DNA from: Candidatus Methylomirabilia bacterium
GTDB lineage: Bacteria > Methylomirabilota > Methylomirabilia > Rokubacteriales > CSP1-6
Assembly: GCA_041496385.1 (NCBI GenBank)
Contig: JBGQEL010000007.1
Span: 7,570 to 71,569, forward strand
Reading direction: 5' to 3'
DNA length: 64,000 bases
Position numbers and translations under genes: made by a program. Shown piece by piece: positions 46,838 to 55,492 of this stretch (position 1 is its first letter; each line of letters opens with the position of its first letter). The notes under the pieces were generated by a model that did no database searches, had not been told where the DNA came from, and saw only the letters and a program-made list of their open reading frames with translations.

Positions 46838-47293
46838 GTGCCCAAGCGCTACGGTCAGCCGTGCCCGGTCGCGAAGTCGCTGGAAGTCGTCGGCGAACGA
46901 TGGACCCTGCTCCTCGTGCGCGACCTCCTCCAGGGGCCGAAGCGCTTTCAGGATCTTGCGCAGAGCCTCAGGGGCATCGCGCCCAACATCCTGTCGGACC
47001 GGCTGAAGCTCATGGAACGGCACGGGCTCGTGGCGCGCCGCTTCTACTCGGAGCACCCGCCGCGCGCGGAGTACGCGCTGACGGACAAGGGCCGGGAGCT
47101 CGGCATGGTCGTCGGGGCCCTGGCGTCCTGGGGCTCGCGTCACGTCCACCGGCAGGCGGCGCTGGTCCACGCCGAGTGCGGTCACCCGGTGGAGGTGCGC
47201 TACTTCTGCCGGCACTGCGCCGATCGCGTGCGCGGCGCGGCGGTCGCGCTCCGGCACGCGCCGGCCACGCGGTCGTCCGGGAGGCGCGGCTAG
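46838..47293 (+). CDS. HxlR-family (DUF24) winged-helix transcriptional regulator
   Basis: Motifs CPVAKSLEVVGERWTLLLVRDLLQGPKRFQDL and SDRLKLMERHGLV. Divergent from the MATE gene, with a 58-bp intergenic region. Confidence 0.8.
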   Translation: MPKRYGQPCPVAKSLEVVGERWTLLLVRDLLQGPKRFQDLAQSLRGIAPNILSDRLKLMERHGLVARRFYSEHPPRAEYALTDKGRELGMVVGALASWGSRHVHRQAALVHAECGHPVEVRYFCRHCADRVRGAAVALRHAPATRSSGRRG

Positions 47294-48411
47294 GTCGGGT
47301 GCACCCGCCGTGAGAGCGCGTCGAGGGTGGCGCGCGCCTCGTCGACGATGCGCGCGACGACCTCGCGCGCGCCCGGCAGGCCGTGGATCAGGCCCACCGA
47401 CTGGCCGGCCGGCATCGGAAAATGCTCGGGATCCTGCAGCTCCCTGGCCTTGCCGAAGACGTCCTGGGCCGCGCGCGACTGGACGAGCGCGGCGAACACG
47501 GGCGCGCCGGACGCCCGGTACTCGGCGATGAACGTGTTGCCGAGGTAGCGGGCCTGGAGGCCGGTGACGGTGTCCGTGACGGTGGTTTCCTCACCGCTGC
47601 GCTCCAGCAGCGCCTTTTTCCAGAACTCCGGGGCGCCCGACTCGCGCGTCGCGACGAAGCGTGTGCCCAGCAGCACCCCGCTCGCGCCGAGCGCCAGGGC
47701 GGCGACCAACCCGCGCCCGTCGGCGATCCCACCGCTGGCGATCACGGGCACGCCGACGGCGTCCACCACCTGCGGCACCAGCGCCACCGTGCCGACGCTG
47801 ACCGACTCGGCCGAGCGGGGCTTGCCCCACGTCGAGCGGTGGCCGCCGGCTTCGCTTCCCTGCGCGACCACGACGTCGACGCCACTGGCGACGACGGCGC
47901 GCGCGTCGGCGACGGTCGTGACCATCGCCATCACCTTGATTCCGCGCGCGTGGCACTCACGGGTCATGGCAGAGCCCGGATCGCCGAGGCCCACGGACCA
48001 GACCGCCGGTCGCTCGTCGAGGATCGTCTGAAAGGCGCCGTCGATCACGTCGGGCACGGCGGGTGGGCGCGCGAGCGTCGCCGGGAGCCCGAGCCGGAGT
48101 CGGAAGACGTTGAGTGAGGACTGGACGGCGCGCACGGTGCCCTCGGGGATCGTCGCCACGTCCGCCGGCGGACGGAGCTCGGGATGGAGCCACAGATTCA
48201 CGCCGAACGGGCGGCGCGTGAGCGCCCGGACCTGTCGGATCCCCTCGCGGAGCTGTTCGGGCGTGAGGTTCAATCCGGCGAGGATCCCGAGGCCGCCGGC
48301 CTCGCACACCTCGGCCACGAGCTCGGGACCGGCGACGCCGCCCATGCCCGACTGGACGATCGGGTACTCCATGCCGAGCAAGTCGCAGAGCTCAGTGTGG
48401 AACGCGCTCAT
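47290..48411 (-). CDS. nitronate monooxygenase (NMO/2-nitropropane dioxygenase-like FMN enzyme)
   Basis: Motifs YPIVQSGMGGVAGPELVAEV, VVAQGSEAGGH and IASGGIADGRG. 373 aa. Confidence 0.85.
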   Translation of the reverse strand: MSAFHTELCDLLGMEYPIVQSGMGGVAGPELVAEVCEAGGLGILAGLNLTPEQLREGIRQVRALTRRPFGVNLWLHPELRPPADVATIPEGTVRAVQSSLNVFRLRLGLPATLARPPAVPDVIDGAFQTILDERPAVWSVGLGDPGSAMTRECHARGIKVMAMVTTVADARAVVASGVDVVVAQGSEAGGHRSTWGKPRSAESVSVGTVALVPQVVDAVGVPVIASGGIADGRGLVAALALGASGVLLGTRFVATRESGAPEFWKKALLERSGEETTVTDTVTGLQARYLGNTFIAEYRASGAPVFAALVQSRAAQDVFGKARELQDPEHFPMPAGQSVGLIHGLPGAREVVARIVDEARATLDALSRRVHPT

Positions 48412-50030
48412 GCCGTCGCTCCTCTCCCCAGCTCCCGGATCGCCTGGTCGCGGAGCTTGCCGCGCTGGACCTTGTCGCCGTGCGGGCCCGGCGTGCGCGG
48501 CACGTCCTTCACGAAGCGGATAGCGATCGGGATCTTGTACGAGGCGATCTTGCCGCGGCAGAAGGCGCGAAGCCCCTCCTCCGTGAGGAGCGCGCCCTCC
48601 CTCAGGATCGCATAGGCGACGGGCGCCTCGTTGAGCTTCGGATCGGGCACGCCGACGACGAACGCTTGAGCCACGTCGGGGTGCGACATCAGGAACGCCT
48701 CGATCTCCCCGGGCGCCACCATGAAATGGCTGATCCTGAGGGTCTCCTTGAGGCGCCCCTTGAAGATCGTGCGGCCGACTTCATCCTGGACTCCGAGATC
48801 GCCCGAGCGGAACCACCCGTCCTCGGTGAAGGCCTTCGCCGTCTCGTCGGGCTTCTTGTAGTAGCCGCGTGTGACGCACGCGCCGCGGAACTGCAGCTCG
48901 CCCTCTTCGCCGGGCCGGCATGGCGCGCCCGTTTCCGCGTGGACGACGCGGACCTCCAGCCCCGGTGGCGCGTGGACGCCCGGGAGGCGCCGGATCTCGG
49001 CCGGCTCGTCGAGATGATGGTAGAGCGCCATCGCGTTCACCTCGGTCATCCCGTAGGGCTCGTAGCCCTGGCCGACGCCGATCCGCTCGAGCCACGCCTC
49101 GAAGAGGCGGTGGCCGCCACCGCCGACCGAGCCGATCGCGCCCGTCCGCAGCGACGAGCGGTCGTAGCGATCGAGATCGGGATGCTCGAGCATCGCCTGG
49201 ACCATCGCGTCGACGGCGTTCCAGACCGTGCAGCGCTCGCGCTCGATGAGCTGAAGCGCGCGCAACGGATCGTAGACGTCCATGAGGACCAGGCAGGCGC
49301 CATGGCTCCACGTCGTGAGCGGGATGTTGACGCCGCCCCATGTGCCGGCGGCCGGGAGCGCGTGCAGCACGCGATCCTCCGGCGTCAGACGCAGCACCTC
49401 GCCGACGTTCCAGCCGTGAGGTACGCAGTTCCGGTGGCTGATCACCGCTCCCTTGGGAAACGACGTCGTCCCCGACGTGTACAGAATGGTGAAGACGTCG
49501 TCCGGACCCGGGGGCGGCGAGAGTGGCGGGGAACCCTCCGTCGCCGCCACGGCCCCGAGCTCGGACACGTCTCGCAATCGGTGGCAGCCGGGGTAGGGGT
49601 CGTCGGCGTCCACGATGACGTGCCGCAGGGACGGGAGCGTCGGGCTCTCGATCTCTCCGGGAGTCGACGTGGGAAGCCCGGGCAGGACCTCGTGCAGCGT
49701 CTCGAAGTAGTCGATTCCGCCGAGATGGTCCGCGATCAACAGCGCCTTCGTGTCCGACTGGCCGAGGATGTAGGTCAGCTCGTGCGCCCGGTAGCGCGGG
49801 TTCAGCGCCACCACGATCGCGCCGAGTCGTGCGCACGCGTGCTGGGCGAAGAACCACTCGGGCCGGTTCGGCAGCCAGATGGCGACCTTGTCGTCCCGGC
49901 CGATGCCGAGTGCCTTAAGCCCACGGGCGAGTCGGTCCACCTCCGCGCGGAACTCGGCGAAGGTCACGCGCCGGTCGTCGAACACCATCGCGAGGCGCTC
50001 GCCGTGGCGCTCCGCGACGGCGTCGAGCAT
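48408..50030 (-). CDS. AMP-dependent synthetase/ligase (acyl-CoA synthetase family)
   Basis: AMP-binding motif YTSGTTSFPKGA and C-terminal motifs (GYGMTE, FRSGDLG, GKIASYK). Start taken as the ATG at 50030. The upstream Arg-rich extension is rejected. Confidence 0.8.
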   Translation of the reverse strand: MLDAVAERHGERLAMVFDDRRVTFAEFRAEVDRLARGLKALGIGRDDKVAIWLPNRPEWFFAQHACARLGAIVVALNPRYRAHELTYILGQSDTKALLIADHLGGIDYFETLHEVLPGLPTSTPGEIESPTLPSLRHVIVDADDPYPGCHRLRDVSELGAVAATEGSPPLSPPPGPDDVFTILYTSGTTSFPKGAVISHRNCVPHGWNVGEVLRLTPEDRVLHALPAAGTWGGVNIPLTTWSHGACLVLMDVYDPLRALQLIERERCTVWNAVDAMVQAMLEHPDLDRYDRSSLRTGAIGSVGGGGHRLFEAWLERIGVGQGYEPYGMTEVNAMALYHHLDEPAEIRRLPGVHAPPGLEVRVVHAETGAPCRPGEEGELQFRGACVTRGYYKKPDETAKAFTEDGWFRSGDLGVQDEVGRTIFKGRLKETLRISHFMVAPGEIEAFLMSHPDVAQAFVVGVPDPKLNEAPVAYAILREGALLTEEGLRAFCRGKIASYKIPIAIRFVKDVPRTPGPHGDKVQRGKLRDQAIRELGRGATA

Positions 50031-50074
50031 CGAGACGGCGGTCGCGTCGGCGAACGGGTTCTGCGGCAGGGCGG

Positions 50075-50950
50075 CTACTCGACGCGGAACAGGGTGACCG
50101 CGTTCTTGTAGGCTACGCGCTCGGCGACGTCGGCCTTGAGCTCGCCGAGCACGCGCCGCGTCCACGTCAAGAGCCGGTCGAGCATCGCCGGCTCGAAGAG
50201 TCGTGGCGCCCAGACGTCCACCCCCATGAGGAAGCGGTCGGGATGCTTCTCGATCAGGGCTTTCCAGGCCGGATCGAGGGGCCCCGTCTCCGACGCGAGG
50301 GCGGGCTTCCGCTGAAAGTGCATGCCCGAGAGGTCCACGCGGAGGTTCGGGTTGCGCGCGAGAAGCCCCTCGACGCGCGCGGGCGGACCTTCGCCCGCGT
50401 GGGCGAGGACGACCGTCGCCTTCGGGTGGGCGGCCAGCGCGCGGTCGAGGGCGGTGGCGGCGGCGTCCGTCAGCTCGTAGTGAATCACGACCGGGACCCC
50501 GCGCCGTGCCGCCACCTCGAGGACCTTGCCGAACGCCGGATCACCGGGATCCCGCTCGATGTTGCGCCGCCCCATCTGGCGCAGGTGCACCTCGCCAATC
50601 GCGCGCGCGCGCGACGTTTCGAGCGCGCCGTCGAGCCGCGCGGCCGCGCCGTCGTCGCTCGGGTCCGGGAGCGGCAGCGCCGTGAGCACGCGGTCCGGAT
50701 ACTTGCGCGCCGCCGCGGCGATCAACGCGGGGTCGTCTTTCTGGACGCCGCCCACCCCGAGGAGCAACACCTTGGCGACGTTGTGGCGCTTCATCGCCGC
50801 GGCATATGCGTCGATCGCCTTGGCGTCGGGGAGGTGCGAGTGCGCATCGATCAGCGGCCCGGCGTAGTCGGCGGCGTCGGCCATCGGCACGCCACCGAGG
50901 AGGGCGCAGAGCCACGTCCCGACGGTCAGCGCGCGCGAGATCCGCCTCAT
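50075..50950 (-). CDS. amidohydrolase-family (TIM-barrel metal-dependent hydrolase), secreted
   Basis: Signal peptide MRRISRALTVGTWLCALLGGVPMADA. Metal-binding motifs IDAHSHLP and VVLAHAG. 292 aa. Confidence 0.7.
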   Translation of the reverse strand: MRRISRALTVGTWLCALLGGVPMADAADYAGPLIDAHSHLPDAKAIDAYAAAMKRHNVAKVLLLGVGGVQKDDPALIAAAARKYPDRVLTALPLPDPSDDGAAARLDGALETSRARAIGEVHLRQMGRRNIERDPGDPAFGKVLEVAARRGVPVVIHYELTDAAATALDRALAAHPKATVVLAHAGEGPPARVEGLLARNPNLRVDLSGMHFQRKPALASETGPLDPAWKALIEKHPDRFLMGVDVWAPRLFEPAMLDRLLTWTRRVLGELKADVAERVAYKNAVTLFRVE

Positions 50951-51105
50951 TTCCGTGCCGCCTTCTTGAGGTGCTGGGTGAGGGCCTCCATGATCCGGGC
51001 GAGGGCTTCCTTCTCGGTGCGGCCCGTCACCGTCACCCCGTAGGCGACGGCGGTCGCGACCCACTCCTTCGCCTCGTTCTGATGGACCTCCACCTCGAAC
51101 TGCAT
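50947..51105 (-). CDS. HicB-like (UPF0150) small protein; candidate orphan antitoxin-fold gene (not in ORF track, 52 aa)
   Basis: MQFEVEVHQNEAKEWVATAVAYGVTVTGRTEKEALARIMEALTQHLKKAARK matches the HicB/UPF0150 N-terminal fold pattern. ATGA overlap with the amidohydrolase start. No HicA-like partner is adjacent and the RBS is weak. Confidence 0.4.
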   Translation of the reverse strand: MQFEVEVHQNEAKEWVATAVAYGVTVTGRTEKEALARIMEALTQHLKKAARK

Positions 51106-51166
51106 CGCGGGCTAGAGTAGCACTAAGAGATCGACGCGCGCACAGCCCGGCCGGCGATCGCGGGAC

Positions 51167-51592
51167 TCAGTGGCTCTTCGGGATGCTCGGGTGTCCGGCC
51201 GCCTCGTCGGCAATCGCATGATCGTTGTCGGCGGGCACCGCTCCGCTCACCCCGACCGCCCCCACGATCTGGCCGCCCTCCACGAGCGGGACCGCGCCGC
51301 GCCCGAAGACGAACCGGTAGTCGCCGAGCGTGGCCACGTTGTCCGCGAACAGCTGGCGGCCCTTGTTGAAGCGCTCCTCGAGATCGTGCGTTGTTGCCCG
51401 GAACGCCGAGGCGGCGTTGGCCTTGGCGCGTGCGATCTCGGGCGTCACCCAGAGCGCGCCGTCCATGCGGGCGCACGCCACGAGGTGCCCCGCCTCATCC
51501 ACAACGGCGATCGCGACCGTGAAACCGAGCGTCCGTGCCTTGGCGAAGCCACGCTCGATGCACTCCCGCGCCTGCTTCAGCGTGAGCGCCAT
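51167..51592 (-). CDS. GlcG/DUF336 (HbpS-like haem-binding) family protein
   Basis: 141 aa with the DUF336 pattern (AIAVVDEAGHLVACARMDGA ... GGQIVGAVGVSGA). Confidence 0.8.
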   Translation of the reverse strand: MALTLKQARECIERGFAKARTLGFTVAIAVVDEAGHLVACARMDGALWVTPEIARAKANAASAFRATTHDLEERFNKGRQLFADNVATLGDYRFVFGRGAVPLVEGGQIVGAVGVSGAVPADNDHAIADEAAGHPSIPKSH

Positions 51593-51602
51593 CCGGTCCT
51601 CC

Positions 51603-51911
51603 TCACGGGACCTCCACCCAGACGTCCCCGGCCTCGACGCGGACCTGGTAACTGGCGACGCGCCCGCCGCGCTTCGGCATCACGCACTCGCCCGTGCGCA
51701 CGTCGTACATCCAGCCGTGCCACGGGCACGCGAGACGGACGCCCGACAGCCTGCCCTCGTTGAGCGGCCCGCCCTGGTGGGCGCACACGTCCTCGCACGC
51801 GTAGACCTCGTCCTTCACGCGCGCCAGGACGATGCGGAGCCCGCTCGTCTCGACGAGCCTCGTCCGGCCCGCCCCGAGGTCGTCGAGGCGGGCCACCCTG
51901 ACGGCGCTCAC
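51603..51911 (-). CDS. Rieske [2Fe-2S] domain protein (Rieske-type ferredoxin)
   Basis: 103 aa. Motifs CAHQGGPL and CPWHGW (CxH-N-CxxH). GTG start 2 nt after the PqqC-like stop. Confidence 0.75.
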   Translation of the reverse strand: MSAVRVARLDDLGAGRTRLVETSGLRIVLARVKDEVYACEDVCAHQGGPLNEGRLSGVRLACPWHGWMYDVRTGECVMPKRGGRVASYQVRVEAGDVWVEVP

Positions 51912-51913
51912 GC

Positions 51914-52597
51914 CTACAGCTCTTCCTTGAGCACGTACGCGCGATGGAGGCCGGTCATGTACTGCCAGCGCATCTCGGTCGCCTGGCGCACCGCCTCGGC
52001 CGCCTCCCCGCGCTTCTCGGGCGTCGTCGAGTGACGCTCGACGATCTGGTAGCCACGCTCGCCGTGGATCTCGTCGGCCTCGATGTGGATCGCGAAGAAC
52101 TCCACCTCGTGGTCGCCGAAGCCGTAGTGCGTCTTGAGCGGCGGCAGGTTGCGCTTGTAGATGCCGGGCACCTGCGACTCGAGCCCGACGAGGAGCCCGG
52201 CGGCCGCGACGTGGAAGGGCCGGCGCGTCATTTCTAAACACCAGGCGGTCAGACCGCGCGTCGTCGGAAGCTGGCGCGTGGTCTCGACCTCCTTACGGCT
52301 GACGCCACATGCCTCCGCGAAGCGGATCAGGAGGTCCACGTGCTTCGTGCCCGACTCCTCCTCGATGATGTTCTCGAGCAGGAAGTCACGCGCGTCGGAG
52401 TCGGGACACTCGCCGTACACCGTCGCGCACCAGCGGGGGAACTGGGAGACATACTGGTAGTGCTGCGACGCCCAGGCGCCGAGCTGCGCGCGCGTCAGCT
52501 CTCCCTTGACCCATTTCTCGGTGAAGGGGTTCAGGCGGCTGTGCCGGGCGTTGACGGCATCCTCAAGCTGCTTTCGGAACGGACTCATCTCGGCCAT
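51914..52597 (-). CDS. PqqC-like / TenA-family (haem-oxygenase-like fold) protein
   Basis: AAGGAGG RBS. 227 aa. Aligns by eye to the PqqC core (GELTRAQLGAWASQHYQYVSQFPRWCATVYGECPDSDARDFLLENIIEEE). Confidence 0.75.
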   Translation of the reverse strand: MAEMSPFRKQLEDAVNARHSRLNPFTEKWVKGELTRAQLGAWASQHYQYVSQFPRWCATVYGECPDSDARDFLLENIIEEESGTKHVDLLIRFAEACGVSRKEVETTRQLPTTRGLTAWCLEMTRRPFHVAAAGLLVGLESQVPGIYKRNLPPLKTHYGFGDHEVEFFAIHIEADEIHGERGYQIVERHSTTPEKRGEAAEAVRQATEMRWQYMTGLHRAYVLKEEL

Positions 52598-52612
52598 CGC
52601 GGGCCTCCTTTC

Positions 52613-53263
52613 TCAGTCGACCAGCCGGAAGATCGCGTCGCGGACCCGCCGGATGTGCAGCGTCATGAGCCGCTCGGCGCGCCTCGTCGCGCCGCGCTTG
52701 AGGGCGTCGATGATCGCGAGGTGCTCGCGGAGGAGCGCCTGGGCACGCCGGGGCGCCACGATCGACATGGTCCAGACGGGGCGTACCTGCTCGCGCATCT
52801 GCTCCAGGACCTGGGCGAGCGTGGAATTCTCCGCGCGCTTCACGATCAGGCCGTGGAACTCCTCGCCGAGCGGCCGCACCTCCGTATGGGTCGCGAGGGG
52901 TCCGCGCGCACGGAGTTCGCGGAAGCGCGCCTCGAAGTCCTCGAGCTCCTCGCGGCCGAGGCGGGGCGCCGCCAGCCGAACCGCAAGGGCCTCGAGGGCC
53001 TCGCGGACCTCGTACAGGTCGCGGATCTCGTCGTGCGACAGCGTCCGTACGAACGCCCCCTTCTTCGGCACCACGCGAACGAGACGGTCGCGCTCGAGCT
53101 TGGCCAGTGCCTCACGGACGGGAGTGCGGCTCACCCGGAAGCGCCGGCAGAGCTCGCCCTCCGTCAGCGGCTCGCCCGGATCGAAGTCGCGGTCGAGGAT
53201 CGCCTGCCGCAGGGCCGCGTAGACCGTATCGGCCAGGTAGGTGTGGGGGCGCGTGCGGGGCAC
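52613..53263 (-). CDS. GntR-family transcriptional regulator (FadR subfamily with FCD domain)
   Basis: N-terminal wHTH (LTEGELCRRFRVSRTPVREAL), C-terminal all-helical FCD domain. 216 aa. Confidence 0.85.
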   Translation of the reverse strand: MPRTRPHTYLADTVYAALRQAILDRDFDPGEPLTEGELCRRFRVSRTPVREALAKLERDRLVRVVPKKGAFVRTLSHDEIRDLYEVREALEALAVRLAAPRLGREELEDFEARFRELRARGPLATHTEVRPLGEEFHGLIVKRAENSTLAQVLEQMREQVRPVWTMSIVAPRRAQALLREHLAIIDALKRGATRRAERLMTLHIRRVRDAIFRLVD

Positions 53264-53281
53264 GGCTCCTTCTACATACCT

Positions 53282-53298
53282 CTTGTATACATGTCAAG
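53282..53298. promoter_or_regulatory. candidate GntR-type operator (nested palindromes CTTG-GTATAC-ACATGT-CAAG)
   Basis: cttgtatacatgtcaag lies in the 112-bp divergent region between the GntR gene and the bicupin gene. It fits the GT-N-AC core of GntR/FadR operators. Confidence 0.3.
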
Positions 53299-53375
53299 GC
53301 GATCGACAAGACCGGAAATGCGGATTGACCCGCGGGAGGGCCCGGGTATCATCAGGGCACTTCGTGAGGACGCCC

Positions 53376-54419
53376 ATGATGCCGACGCTGCCGACACGCG
53401 ACGCGAGCCTGCCCCCCGCCTTCTCGCAGGCGCTCGAGGCGCTCTCGCTGGGGCCGCTCTGGACCGCGCTGCACGTGCTCCTGCCCCAGGAGCATCTGTC
53501 GCGGGCGGTGCCGCACCGCTGGCGATGGCGCGACGCGCGGCCGCTGCTCCTCGAGGCGGCGCGCCTCGTGCCGATCGAGCAGGCGGAGCGCCGGGTGCTC
53601 GTGCTGGAGAACCCGGGTCTCACGGGGACGTATTCGGTCACCGCGACGCTCTACGCCGGACTTCAGATCATCCTGCCCGGCGAGACGGCGCCGAGCCACC
53701 ACCACACGCCCGCGGCCCTCCGGCTCGTCATCGAGGGGCGCGGCGCGTTCACGACCGTGGAGGGCGTGAAGTGCGCCATGGAGCCCGGCGACCTCATCAT
53801 CACGCCGCCGATGCGCTGGCACGACCACGGCCACGAGGGACGCGAGCCGGTTGTCTGGCTCGACGGGCTCGACATCCCGCTCCTGCGGGCCCTCGAGGGC
53901 GCCTGGGCCTCGCCGATGCGGCCGGCACAGCCGCCCGCGACGGCGGGCGACCCCTCGCAGGACGAGTTCACCGCGGCTGGTCTCGTGCCACGCCGCTCAC
54001 GTTACCCCGACACGGGATATCCGCAGGTCCGCTGGCCGTGGGCCAGCGTGCGGCCCGCGCTCGCGGCCGCCGCCGCCGCGGCGCCGCACGACCAGCCGGT
54101 CGTCCTCCGATACGTCAACCCGCGCACCGGCGCCCCGCCCCTCGCGACGATGGGATGCGAGGCGCAGTGGCTGCGACCCGGCGAGCGTGCCCGCGCGGCG
54201 CGGAGCAGCGCGAGCGCGGTCTACCAGGTGATCGAGGGCCGGGGCGAGACGTGCGTGGGCGACCGGGTGCTCGCCTGGGAGGAGGGCGACACGTTCGTCG
54301 CGCCAGCGTGGCATCCCATCGAGCATCGGAACGCGTCGTCCTCGGCGCCGGCGTGCCTCTTCCAGTTCAACGACGAGCCCGTGCTGCGCGCGCTCGGGCT
54401 CCTGCTCGAGGAATACTAA
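53376..54419 (+). CDS. gentisate 1,2-dioxygenase-like bicupin dioxygenase
   Basis: GAGGA RBS. Cupin-1 metal motif APSHHHTPAALRLVIEGRG ... WHDHGHEG. Second cupin VYQVIEGRG ... WHPIEH. 347 aa. The upstream part of ORF 53241..54419 is rejected. Confidence 0.7.
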   Translation: MMPTLPTRDASLPPAFSQALEALSLGPLWTALHVLLPQEHLSRAVPHRWRWRDARPLLLEAARLVPIEQAERRVLVLENPGLTGTYSVTATLYAGLQIILPGETAPSHHHTPAALRLVIEGRGAFTTVEGVKCAMEPGDLIITPPMRWHDHGHEGREPVVWLDGLDIPLLRALEGAWASPMRPAQPPATAGDPSQDEFTAAGLVPRRSRYPDTGYPQVRWPWASVRPALAAAAAAAPHDQPVVLRYVNPRTGAPPLATMGCEAQWLRPGERARAARSSASAVYQVIEGRGETCVGDRVLAWEEGDTFVAPAWHPIEHRNASSSAPACLFQFNDEPVLRALGLLLEEY

Positions 54420-54438
54420 CCGCGGGGTCCGCGCGGGC

Positions 54439-55482
54439 TCAGAGGGCCGAGACGCGGTTCTTGCCGAGTCGCTTGGCCTCGTTCAGCGCACGCTCGGCCT
54501 GCGCCATCAAGTCCTCGGCCGACGCCGCGTCGGCGGGCAGGGCGGCGACGCCGAAGCACGCGGTCACCACGCCCTCCGCGAAGGGGTGGCGCTCGATGAC
54601 CGCGCGGATGCGCTCGGCATACGTGACGGCGCCCGCCTTCGGCGTGTTCGCCAGGATCGCCGCGAAGTCGTCGCCCTCGCGGCGTGCCAGGATCGTGAAG
54701 CTCCGCGAGTGCTTCATCAAGAGGCGCGACGTCTCCCTCAGCACCTCGTCGCCGGCCGCACGACCCTTGTCGTCGTTGAGCCGCCTGAAGTCGTCGAGGT
54801 CGAAATAGACGAGCGAGAGCGGATGGCCGAAGCGGGCGCTCCGCTTCGCCTCCTCGTCGACGCGCAGGGCGAAGTAGCGGCGATTGTAGAGCTCGGTGAG
54901 CCCATCCTTGAACGACAGGTCCTCGAGCCGCGCGTTGCGGATCGCGATCGCCGCCTGGGAGGCGAGGGCGAGGATCAGCCTCTCGTACTCCAGATCGAAC
55001 GGCACGATCGCGCCGTTCTCGCTCAGCGCGTTGAGGAGTTCGAGGACGCCCACGATGTTGCCGGTGGGGTCCTGCAACGGCACGACGAAGACCGACCGGG
55101 TCCCGTAGTCGTTGCTGGCGTCGACCTTCTGGTTGAACGACAGCGTCTGCTGCACCCCGATCGCGTAGGCGTCGGCGACGTTGATGATCTCACCGGTCTT
55201 CGCGACGTGGCCGGCGAGGCTCGGCTCGGAGAGGGGCAGGGGGGCCGCCTGAAGGCGTCGTTGCATGTCGCGCTTGCCAAAGCGCGACTCGAGGAAATCG
55301 TTCTGGACTACCGCGAAGCGGAGCTGGTCGCCTTCGCGGAGGAAGAGGGTGCCGGCCTCGGCGTGGGTGAACCGCCGGGCCTGCTCGAGGATCCGTTCCA
55401 GGAGGGCGTAGAGATCGCGCTCGCTCGTGAGCGCGATGCCGATCTCGATGAGGTCCTCCAGTCGCTGGGTGCGATCGGGCAT
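54439..55482 (-). CDS. GAF-domain diguanylate cyclase paralog A; GGDEF motif degenerate (REGDDF)
   Basis: 347 aa with a GAF block and a GGDEF domain. The signature reads RREGDDF, where paralogs B and C have RYGGDEF and RFGGDEF. Confidence 0.8.
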   Translation of the reverse strand: MPDRTQRLEDLIEIGIALTSERDLYALLERILEQARRFTHAEAGTLFLREGDQLRFAVVQNDFLESRFGKRDMQRRLQAAPLPLSEPSLAGHVAKTGEIINVADAYAIGVQQTLSFNQKVDASNDYGTRSVFVVPLQDPTGNIVGVLELLNALSENGAIVPFDLEYERLILALASQAAIAIRNARLEDLSFKDGLTELYNRRYFALRVDEEAKRSARFGHPLSLVYFDLDDFRRLNDDKGRAAGDEVLRETSRLLMKHSRSFTILARREGDDFAAILANTPKAGAVTYAERIRAVIERHPFAEGVVTACFGVAALPADAASAEDLMAQAERALNEAKRLGKNRVSAL

Positions 55483-55492
55483 CCGCCTCGGC

